From NCBI GenBank assembly GCA_025558095.1, contig JAIVFI010000004.1, positions 682,001 through 746,000 on the forward strand: a stretch of 64,000 bases of DNA. Reading direction: 5' to 3'. Made by a program: the position numbers and the translations under genes. Positions 1 through 9,374 of this stretch are shown piece after piece. How positions within the stretch are numbered: the stretch's first letter is position 1; each line of letters opens with the position of its first letter. A model generated the notes under the pieces. That model saw only the letters and a list, made by a program, of their open reading frames with translations. It did not search any database and had not been told where the DNA came from. Source of the DNA: Hyaloraphidium curvatum SAG 235-1 (lineage: Eukaryota > Fungi > Monoblepharomycota).

Positions 1-2548
1 GAAGTACGAGTTGACCTTGCGCAGAAGCTCTTCTTCCAGTTTGCTGCGCGGTGAGGGCGTTTCGGTGAGGGTGAGCACTAAGAGGGCGCTTGCAGATACG
101 TACCAGAACTGCTCCGCAATCTCAATGTCGCCGCCCTCGAGCCAGGGAGCCACCTGCTCCGTGAGAAACTCCCACTCGGTTTCAAGCATTTCGACCTCCT
201 TGAAAAAGACGATCTCGGCCGACGACTTCAACCTCCAGTTGAGCAGGCGGAAGTAGAACCTCAAGGAAGCGAGGAAGACAGAGTCGTACGTCGGCGACAA
301 GGAGTTCGTGATTGTCCACCCGTCCGCGGGGGTGTCCAGGTCCAGCGTTTCCTCCTTGATTCGAGCAGCCAGCCCCAGCGATATGCTCGAGTCCTCCACC
401 AGCTCCGCGATCGCGCCCAGCCCGCCCGCGCCCACGGGCTTGATCAGGTTCTCGGTGTACTCGAGCCTGAGCTTGAGGAACTCCTCCATCAGGTTGCTCG
501 GGAACTGCGCCAGCTGCCTCAGCTCCTCGATGTGGGTCGGCAACCTCATCCTCCGGAATGCGGCGGCGTTGGTGGTCATGGCGTGCTTGGTCCGCCTGAC
601 CATGCCCTTGAGCACCGACATGATGCGGCGCTCGAAGGTGCCCTTGACCCCGGACTCCTTGAGGATCCGCTCGATGAAGGAGCGGTCGGCGCCAACCATG
701 CTCAGGGTCTCGGAGCCCGTCCAGTTCTTGAGGATCTGCAGCTGCATCCGCAAGGAGCGCGTGATGGAAAGCCACGAGGACAGCGCGTCGAGGTTGTACT
801 GGAAGGAGAGGGAGGCGTAGATGGGGCGGTCCGTGGTGATGGCGCGGCGGGATTGGTACATGGACTCGACGATCTCGACCTTGTCGAGGATGGCCACGAC
901 TGGAACAACCCGATCAGGGCGATTCTCCGCCGGTCGAAAGCCCACCCACCCTGGTCGAAAGCCGACGGCGCGCCCTCGCCCTCCCTGACCTCGAACCGCA
1001 CCACCTCCTCCAGGATCTTGTCCACCTCGGCCTTGCGGAACTCGTCCACGAACCGCGTCTCGTCCTCGAGCCGCCTCCCCGAGACCGCGGCCTTGATGCC
1101 CATCCAGATCGCCAGCCTCTCTTCCGGGTCCCCGCGCTTGCGCGTCGAGTCCGTCGACCCGAGGCGCTGCTTTTCGGAGCGGATGACGTCCCCGTTGAGG
1201 ACCGAGGAGAGCATGGCCTGCCACTCGAGGCGTTCGCGGCGGCCCGGCGTCATCGGGTGGTTGGGGGCCGTGGGCGGAGCCGACGCCGACGGAGGGATGC
1301 CGGCGGCGGTCGGCTTGGAGGCCTTGAGAGCAGACGGAGGTTTGATGGGCGACGAAGGGGCAGCGGAAGCAGGTGGTTTGGCTTGCCCAGCGGCGCCGGC
1401 GGCGCTGGCTGGCGCAGGGCGCGAAGGCTGCGCCGCGGCGGGCGGTGGGGGCGCACCGTCGTCGGTCCGCGACAGGGGGGAACGCTTGTGGACCCCGTTT
1501 GTGCGGGAAGGATCCGCGGCCGCGGTGGCAGCCGGGGGACGGTCGGGCTTCGGGAGCTTTTCCGCGTGTCCGTTGGCAGTGTCTTCGGCGGCTGCTGGTT
1601 CCACCGATGGAGGAGCACTCCCAGAGGCAGGAGGAACGGGGGGTGCGGGCCGGGTGGCCTCGGTCGCGGGCACCGGCGGCGGTTGCCTGCCCACTGCCGG
1701 CTTGGAAGGAACCTCTTCCTCGCCGCTGGATTCCGACGACGAGGAACTGTCCCCAGACTTCTTGGAGAGCTTTTGCGAGAGGTAGTAGTTCTGCACGCCG
1801 ACGGAGGAGCTCGAGGAGGGAGACCGGCCCGTGGCGGTCGGCGAGTTGGACCTCCGCCGGCGGTGATGCGAGGCCACAGGCACGGGTGTCGCCCCACGCC
1901 TCGGTTCCGTTGCGGTGTTCCGCTGTCCGCCGGGGCCCACGTCCTCGTCGGGCCTCGAGACCTGGAACGAGTGGAACCGCCGCATGCCGGGGCGCACCGG
2001 GGCATCGCCGCGCAGGGCGGCGGCCGGCGAGGCGGGCAGGCCGGGCCGCGTGTGCGGCGCCAGCTCGAAGGGCCGCGTGGCCAGCAGCCTGCCGACGCGC
2101 ACCGACTCGAACACAAAGTCCGGGGAGACGAGCGGGATGCCCTTGTCGAGGGCGGTGCGGGCCTCTGCGGCGGCGGGGCCCTGCTCGAAGTCGCGCTGCA
2201 CGACGGCGCACATAATCTGCGGTTAGATTATTGGAGGGGTGCGAAGCAGGCGGGGGCGTCAGGCGTGTTCGCACGGCCGGAGGCGTCGCGCACCGTGCGG
2301 TCCTTGGGCAGCCCGAGCACGGCCTTGCCGCCGTGCGCGGCGATAGCGGCGCGCAGCTCGTCCAGCCGCCGCGCGTCGCCGCCGAGCAGCGCGAGCGAGC
2401 AGCCCGCGAACACGTCCTGCGCAGCGACGTCGAGCGTCACCGACGGGAAGCTCGACGGCGACGTGTTCGCGCGCGGCGGCGACGGCGGCGCCGCGCCATC
2501 GCCGTCGGCCGCGCCGCTGCCGAGCAGCGCGCCCAGCCGCGTGAGCAT
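1..2548 (-). CDS. SSK2: Ssk2/Wis4-type MAP kinase kinase kinase, N-terminal part with a BRCT-like domain; runs off the left edge, kinase domain not in window
   Basis: Ssk2-family motif RERLEWQAMLSSVLNGDVIRSEKQRL and downstream LQILKNWTGS/FIERILKE segments. Exon 1 (2548-2294, 85 codons) is joined in frame by intron 2293-2217 (GTGCGC...CTAACCGCAG); a second intron lies near 900-950. Confidence 0.8.
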
Positions 2549-2637
2549 CGCCGTGCCGGAGGGAGGTCACGCTGGCTGCGGCCGCGTCCTGATTCCCTGC
2601 CTCATCACCGCTCATCCCTCAACTGTATCCCCGCCCG

Positions 2638-3505
2638 ATGTTCTTAAGGTGGCGATTGCCTTCCGCTAAGGCTCCTCTCCGTAACCCGCCCTCCAGCAAG
2701 CTCACCGGCGGCGGCCGCAAGAAGCCGGCCGCGTCGCCGTCGGGCCCGCGCCCGCCGTACCTCGTGCCGCCGCACCCCACGATCGTCAGCGGCAGCGTGA
2801 AGCGGCTGGTCGAGCTGCCGGCCTACGTGGACTACAACGAATGGCTGGCGATCAACAGTGGGGGCCGCGACGCGTCGCCTGCCGGCTCGTCTCACACTGA
2901 CACTCGCGGCCCGCCGTGGACAGCATTCGACTTCTTCCAGTACGTCAACATGCTCTACGGGGTCATCTCCGAGTCGTGCACCACGTCGACGTGTCCGACC
3001 ATGTCGGGCCCGAGCGGGTGCGTGGCCTGCCCGCCGCCCACCCGGGATGCCCGCCCACAACGCGTCCCCGCAGCGCCGAATACCCCTGGATCGACAGCCA
3101 GCGCAAGATCCTCAAGGTCTCGGCGCCCCAGTACGTCGACTTTGCCACCACCCTGATCCAGTCGCAGCTCAACGACGAGTCGATATTCCCGACAAAGGCC
3201 GGTGGGCTCCGCCGTCGGCCTCTCACCTGCAGGCACTCCTAACTCGGGACGACGCAGGCCTCGACTTTCCAAAGGACTTTGTGCCCAACGTCGTCAAGCC
3301 CATATTCCGCCACCTCTTCCGCGTCCTCGCGCACCTGTACCACGCCCACTTCGAGGCCGTGGTCGCGTTGGGCTGCGAGGCCCACCTGAACACCCTCTTC
3401 GCGAACATATGGAGCTTCGGGACGACATTCGATCTCCTTGACAAGAAGGAGGCGTCGGTGCTGGCTGAGCTCGTCGAAGGCGACATGGCGGCCATCGTCA
3501 ACTGA
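2638..3505 (+). CDS. MOB2: MOB kinase activator (Mob2-like), multi-exon
   Basis: LVELPAYVDYNEWLAIN, CPTMSGP, VSAPQYVD, NDESIFPTK and IFRHLFRVLAHLYHAHF Mob1/phocein motifs across exons separated by GT-AG introns. Confidence 0.85.
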
Positions 3506-3660
3506 GGCAGGGGAGGGGATTGCGGCAGCTGCGGCGCGACGGAGACGCGTTCTACGGCCCATGGAGGCATTTACAGGGTATAGACTAATGTCGTCGGTGA
3601 TAATGTAAATCGGGCACGGTCGAGAGAGTGACCTGGCGGCTGCACCCTCCTTTTGGTGCG

Positions 3661-4084
3661 TCACGCGGCGAGGAGCGCCTGTGCCGCCTTGACCTCCTCG
3701 GATTCGACAAGCGACGGGTCCGATGCCTTGTAAGGATCGTCAGCATCGCTGTTTTCCGGGGGTGCACGGCGACCCACGAGGCTGCTGGCCAGGATCGTTC
3801 CGAGCTCCGCCTTTGCCACCTGCAGCCTCTTGTCCGTGTCCGGGATCATGACCTCGGTTTCCTCCAGCACCTCTTTCTGCGCCCGCCCATCACGCTCGGG
3901 AACGGGAGCCGGGGGACGTAGCAGCGCCCACCTGCTTGCGCACGTCGTGCTCGTCCCGGCCCTCGGCCTCCATGCCGGCGATGCGCGCCCGCTGCTGCTC
4001 GGCCTCCAAGCGGTACGCGTCCGCCTCTTTTGCGAGGCGCTTGACGACCCCATTTTGGATCCGGAGCTGCTTCGTGGCGGCCAT
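3661..4084 (-). CDS. TBCA: Tubulin-folding cofactor A (Rbl2/TBCA)
   Basis: KQLRIQNGVVKRLAKE...DEHDVRKQ|KEVLEETEVMIPD matches the TBCA pattern; at least one intron near 3877-3931. Confidence 0.9.
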
Positions 4085-4176
4085 TTCGAGTGGAGGTGGA
4101 GGAGGTGTGATGCCCCCGCGCCCCCGCGCATTCAAAGGCGGACATGAATTCAGGACACATCACGAATCGCACGGCT

Positions 4177-5412
4177 ATGGCGCCCAAACCCGCGCTGTTC
4201 GCCACCGCGGCGTGCGTGGCACTTGCCGTGCTCGCCCTGGCGTCGCCGAGGAGCGAGGCGCCGGCGGGGTCGGCCGAGCCCCGCGCGGTCGAGGTCGATA
4301 TGGCAAAGTGCCCGGCGTGCCCCGCCGCACCGCCGTGCCCCGCTCCTCAGGCGCCGCCACCGCTGCCGCCCGCGCCCTCTCAGCAGGCGGCGGGCGAATG
4401 CGCGCCGCACCCGGCGGTGCTCGCCGCCTTCCGCCGCGTGGACGACTGGAGCCGCGACGGCTCGGGCTGCCCGACGGACGCGCTGTGGGACGCGCTGGCT
4501 GCCGCGGGCCCGCCCCCGAAGGCGCTTGTCAACGTGGGCTGCAACAGGGGATACAATCTTGCGGGTTGGCTGGGCCGGTACGCCCCCGCGGCAGGGATCG
4601 TCGACGGTCGATCCTGGCTGCGGGCGCTGGAGGCCGTCAAGAACACATCCGGCCCCGTGCTAAAGGAGGGCCAATGCGGCGCATGCGGGAACTGCAGGGA
4701 AAAATACGGGGCCCGCGACCCAGCACCCGCCGAGCCGCCCCGGATCGCGTGCATGGACGCCGCCGTTGCCAACGTCGGCCTGGTCAACCGCATCCTCGCC
4801 CACCTCGGCCTCGCCGAGCCGCGACAGGGCGTGCCCCGGATCGACGTCTCGCTCCTGGCCTTTGCCGGCCCCGGTCCGGCGAACCGTACCCTCTACTTTC
4901 CCCGCGTGCCAGAGGGCGACCCGCGTGGCATACTCGGCGCCGATCCCGGCAACGACTCAGACCCCGTTCCCGTATCCACGGTCGACGAGTGGCACGCACG
5001 TGCCTCGGCAGCAGGGTTTCCAGGTGAGATAGACCTCCTGGAGGTGGATGCCGAGGGGCTGGACCCGGCCATCCTCCGCGGCGCCGCAGGCACGCTGTCC
5101 TCCGGGGCCGTACGGGCGGTGCTATTCGAGCACAACACGATGGGACAATGGACCAACGAGCCGCTCAAGCGGACGGTGGACTTGCTCGAGGGGACGGGGA
5201 TGGCATGCTACCTCCTCTCCAAAAGGAAGAGGGTCTGGAGAATCGGGGGTTGCGACTGGATCGAGGATCTGGGGAAAAAGCGCAAGTGGGCAAACGTCAT
5301 GTGCTTTAGGCGCGGGGATCCGTGGCACGAGATGGTCGAGGGGTGGAATGTGACGCCCGAGAAGGCAGAACACGTCGTCGGGAAGCAGACCAAGCAGGAA
5401 TCGGCCACTTAG
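4177..5412 (+). CDS. FkbM-family (Methyltransf_21-like) SAM methyltransferase with N-terminal signal/TM anchor, single exon
   Basis: Hydrophobic N-terminus and Pro-rich stem, motif I VNVGCNRGY, IDLLEVDAEGLDPAILRGA, VLFEH. Confidence 0.75.
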   Translation: MAPKPALFATAACVALAVLALASPRSEAPAGSAEPRAVEVDMAKCPACPAAPPCPAPQAPPPLPPAPSQQAAGECAPHPAVLAAFRRVDDWSRDGSGCPTDALWDALAAAGPPPKALVNVGCNRGYNLAGWLGRYAPAAGIVDGRSWLRALEAVKNTSGPVLKEGQCGACGNCREKYGARDPAPAEPPRIACMDAAVANVGLVNRILAHLGLAEPRQGVPRIDVSLLAFAGPGPANRTLYFPRVPEGDPRGILGADPGNDSDPVPVSTVDEWHARASAAGFPGEIDLLEVDAEGLDPAILRGAAGTLSSGAVRAVLFEHNTMGQWTNEPLKRTVDLLEGTGMACYLLSKRKRVWRIGGCDWIEDLGKKRKWANVMCFRRGDPWHEMVEGWNVTPEKAEHVVGKQTKQESAT

Positions 5413-5675
5413 GCCAGTAACGACGCTGATGGCAGCTCTTTGGGGCTCAAGGGGTTCAATTTCGGCCGGCTTTGTGCGAGAGGGAAGATCCAGGTTGGGC
5501 CGAAGTCGCCGACTTAGACAGCCGCGGGGTCAGGGTGTAGATCCGTCGCACAGTTAGAGGCTCTGACTGTGTTGCTGAAAAGATGGAATCACGGGCGGTT
5601 GGATGGATTGCCTGCCGGGAACGCCTCCGGTTGCGGCGATGACGACAAGGCAGCTCCCCCCAAAGCTCAAACGTA

Positions 5676-6273
5676 ATGTCGCGCTCACCCGCCCCGGAGG
5701 CCCAGTCCGAGACGGACCGTGAGCTCGCCGCCTTCTGGGCGCGCCACCTCGCCGCCGCCGCGTCTGCCCCACCCACTCGCCTCCCGCCGTCGCGCATCAA
5801 GCGCGTCATGCGGACCGACGATGACGTCCGCCCGCTCGCCATATCCTCTGAGGCGCCCGCGGTCCTCGCGCGCGCGGCGGAGGTGTTTGTCGAGGAGATG
5901 GCCCTGCGGTCGTGGCTGCACGCCAAGGCCATGAAGCGGGGGGTGGTGCTCAAGGAGGACGTGTCGGCGGGCGCGAGGCACGAGATGTTCGACTTTCTCA
6001 TCGATATCCGTGGGTTGCGCGTGGGTCTGCTGGTCCACAAGGGGTTTTGACGCGTCGGACGGGCAGTGCCGCGGGAGACGGACTTCCTCGCCAAGGTGGG
6101 CTCGCCTCCCCGTGTCGCTAGCATTCGGCACTCACCGAGAGGCACGTGTCCAGAACGAGGAGCCGCAGCCAGAAGCGCATGTGAGGGCGGCCGATTATTA
6201 TCAGCAGTATGCGCGCGAGAGGGCCATCGAGGCCGATGAGGCGGAGGCAGCAGCGGGCGGAAACGAAGGGTGA
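5676..6273 (+). CDS. Histone-fold protein, NF-YC/Hap5-like, multi-exon
   Basis: LPPSRIKRVMRTDDDV..ISSEAPAVLARAAEVFVEEM..RSW..FDFLIDI is the NF-YC histone-fold signature; introns near 6010-6066 and 6096-6141. Confidence 0.85.
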
Positions 6274-6736
6274 CCGCTCGCGGTCGTGACTCGATGACTT
6301 CATGCCTTCCGCGAGAGTGTCTCGTGGAGCGCAAAGATTGCTCTTTGCCGCTGGCAGCGCCGCCGACGCTCTGCGCATTGCACGGATCGGAATGCAGCAA
6401 CCTCCGCCCGGCCTGTCGCGGCACTGCCACGTGCCTTCGTGTCGACACTCATTTCGGTGCACACTCGCATATGGGCGCATCCTGCGTGAAGGAACCCGTT
6501 GGACGGCACCGGATGCAACACATTGCTGGCGATGTCATTATGGGAGAGACTGGACCCTTGGACATAAATGATGCGTGTGGACTTCTTTGCAGATTATCAT
6601 GGCAGTGACTTCTTGGCGGTGCTTCCTATTATTGGTGCTCCGCGGCAAAAGCTAGCAAGGGAGGCAGCGGCGGGGACGCGGATAGGACTTCCGCCGCGCA
6701 GTTAGAGTCAATGTCCGTTCGCGCACCAATGTAGAG

Positions 6737-9133
6737 TCACAGCGGTGCAGCTAAAGCTGCCCGCCAAAACCTATCCCGCATCAGCAGATGCGCGACAACC
6801 CCGCGCTCATCACCGAGCTTCAGGGGGTGCAGTCCGTCGTGCTTTGCTGGATTGTACAGCTCGAAATAGCGGGTGGCGTTGTTCCTGTAGTCCCGTTTGT
6901 ACGAGCTTGCCACTGAAACAGGAAGCCTGCGACTCTCAGGGACCGAGCAAAGTGCAGCTGTCGGCAGGGCAACTTCGAAGTGCAATCCCAGGCTCGCCGA
7001 CTTCTCCAGCGCATCCACAAAGGTCTTTACTAACGGCTTGCAGCTTTCCTGCAAGTTTAAGAACAGGAAGTCCCACGGAGCCCCGGCGTAGAGCATGGAG
7101 TTGCTCAGAAGAGTTTGGGTATCGCTGGTGTTGTTTGGACCTTTTGGTGAGGTTGAGCAAGCCGAACCTGGCCGAAAGAGATCCGGGACTTGTTGGACGT
7201 ACATGTGCGCGAGGTTCCTGTTCACTTCGGTCCACCACCAGAGACGCCTCATGCGCGGCGATCCAATCGGGGCCAGGGCCGAGAGGTTGAAGAAACTGTC
7301 GCAATGCCCGATGCAGTGCTGCTTCTCGTCAAGAGCTTTCAACAAACGTCCAAAGTCCAAGACCATATCATCATGCTGCCATAAGTAGTGTTTTGAAGAA
7401 GGGGAAAAGAAAGGGTGAGCCAGGTCGCTTGCCATGGTTACATGCGCGCGATCGCCCTGCCGTGCATGCGCAAAGCTGTGTGAGCACTCGATGTTTGCTG
7501 TCATGGCCCTGCAGGTTCGTGTCTGTCCAAATTCCCACTGCACGTGGTAAAAGACGTTGCCGCCGAATGCACTGGCGTATAGCGCGTTCCACGGTGCAAC
7601 CGCCTGCAGATGTCCGTGATTGATGTGGACACTGGCCGCAACATCCGGCATGAACGGCGCTGATTGGGGCGAAGCCACCCAGTCGGCGGGTCGGCAGATA
7701 TCGTCTGGTGGCACATAACCAACAGCGGAAAGCGCACGGATCCAAGACTGTACGCCTATCACGTCGCTCTTCTCGAGCACCTTGCGTTCGTAAAGCCGGA
7801 TGTAGATATCTTCAAGCATTTGGAGTGGGTTTCCAAACCCGTCGCCTCGCTTCAGCAAAGCAGCTTGCTCGTCCGACCATTCGCCCAGGTATTCAATCAG
7901 CCTCGCGCTCAAGTCGTAGAGATCCGATTCGGCCCGCATATCTCCCACAAAGTCGTGTGCGGTTCGATCGTGGCGGACCCACGGCTTTGCGAATCCAACG
8001 ACAAAGCCGCAGACATGGAAGATGGCCTGGGCAATGTACGAGCGCCAGATGTCAGAAACCCGACCGTGGACCGAGATGGGTAGGTAGAGGGCCCAGAAAG
8101 CGATCGAGGTGTGCAAAGTGGCTTGAGCGTTGTAGGGCGCGTAGAAGGGGCGGGAGACGTAGGCGACATTGATCGACGAGGCAAAGCTGGCTTTTGGCGA
8201 CGGCTGGGATAGTCGATACATTGCATCCACGTCAGGATCTCCATCGGCTGCAGATTGCACCACAGCGATGCGCTGCGCCGCCTGCGGGGACAATCTGACC
8301 AGCTCCGGCTCCATGTTGGCTCGACGGCTCGAGATGTGTTCAGGCGGAAAGCCACGAGGCCAAAGCCGACTCGATGGTCCCAGCACGGCATACGGGTTCA
8401 ATGACCGAGGCGCAGTCGAAGCCTTGGTTCCGTCGCGGACACGCAAACCAAACAGGCCGTCCAGGTTCGTATGGGGTACTCCCGGATGGGTTGCCTTGGC
8501 GTACGCCGCCCACAGGTCAGGCACCGTCAGAACGTTGTCGTCGTCAAAGTCCCAAATCAAGCAAGCCCCGAGCTCAATTGCCTTCAGGTACCCCAAGTTC
8601 TTCCTCGAAAAACTGTTGTAGGGCATCAGTGCCGCAAAATCCACGAATGCGCCCATCTTGCCCGGGTCGTCCTGGTCCTTGTCACTGTAGAACAGCACGC
8701 CCGCACCGCCGGAAACGTTGTACGAGGAGGGCCCTTTGCGATCGCCAATGACCACGAGAGAAGAGTTCGGAGCTGCCGCGACGAATGAACGAGCAGCCTC
8801 TGCCACGTCGAAGATGGTTGTCAACACTCCGAAGAGGGGTCTTTTAAAGCCGAGAGGCAGTCGGCACACGTCAGGTCTCGGACGCCCGCCTTCCGAAGAC
8901 GATGCCACGTCAAGAATTGGACGTGCGCCTTTCGAAGACGACGCCACTCGGTTGTCCTTGCCCCATGTCCTGCTTACGGCGCCCGCGAAAGAAACCCGGC
9001 GCGAAGCGCTCGTTCCCGAAAGCGCATCCGGCGGCGACATCCTCCCTTCCTTTCCAAAGGCATTGAAGAGCGCCGCAGCAGAAGCGAGGAGGAGCGCGAG
9101 TGTGAGTCCTAGAACCCCATATGAAGACTGCAT
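6737..9133 (-). CDS. STELLO-like (DUF288) Golgi glycosyltransferase, single exon
   Basis: N-terminal TM segment; VVIGDRKGP, PYNSFSRKNLGYL, IWDFDDDN, WPRGFP, DGDPDVDAMYRL, GRVSDIWRSY; C-terminal domain with QHDD, EVALPT and HPLK. Confidence 0.85.
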   Translation of the reverse strand: MQSSYGVLGLTLALLLASAAALFNAFGKEGRMSPPDALSGTSASRRVSFAGAVSRTWGKDNRVASSSKGARPILDVASSSEGGRPRPDVCRLPLGFKRPLFGVLTTIFDVAEAARSFVAAAPNSSLVVIGDRKGPSSYNVSGGAGVLFYSDKDQDDPGKMGAFVDFAALMPYNSFSRKNLGYLKAIELGACLIWDFDDDNVLTVPDLWAAYAKATHPGVPHTNLDGLFGLRVRDGTKASTAPRSLNPYAVLGPSSRLWPRGFPPEHISSRRANMEPELVRLSPQAAQRIAVVQSAADGDPDVDAMYRLSQPSPKASFASSINVAYVSRPFYAPYNAQATLHTSIAFWALYLPISVHGRVSDIWRSYIAQAIFHVCGFVVGFAKPWVRHDRTAHDFVGDMRAESDLYDLSARLIEYLGEWSDEQAALLKRGDGFGNPLQMLEDIYIRLYERKVLEKSDVIGVQSWIRALSAVGYVPPDDICRPADWVASPQSAPFMPDVAASVHINHGHLQAVAPWNALYASAFGGNVFYHVQWEFGQTRTCRAMTANIECSHSFAHARQGDRAHVTMASDLAHPFFSPSSKHYLWQHDDMVLDFGRLLKALDEKQHCIGHCDSFFNLSALAPIGSPRMRRLWWWTEVNRNLAHMYVQQVPDLFRPGSACSTSPKGPNNTSDTQTLLSNSMLYAGAPWDFLFLNLQESCKPLVKTFVDALEKSASLGLHFEVALPTAALCSVPESRRLPVSVASSYKRDYRNNATRYFELYNPAKHDGLHPLKLGDERGVVAHLLMRDRFWRAALAAPL

Positions 9134-9374
9134 CGATGTTCTCGGCGGCCCGAGAGTGCAGCCGGAACGTGAACAAGGCCACCACTCATTCGCGATCGCA
9201 AAGATGACAACGCGCCGAAACGGGGCGGCCCGGCCCGGGGCTACGATGTCGATGCTCGTGTTCCGCAGCAGAGGCGATGTCCCCTTCATCCTCAAATTAC
9301 ACCATAAGCACTTGCAGGGAGATAGAATGCATCACAACTGTGTCATCACAAGTTTACAGGGTATGAAAGAGGTA

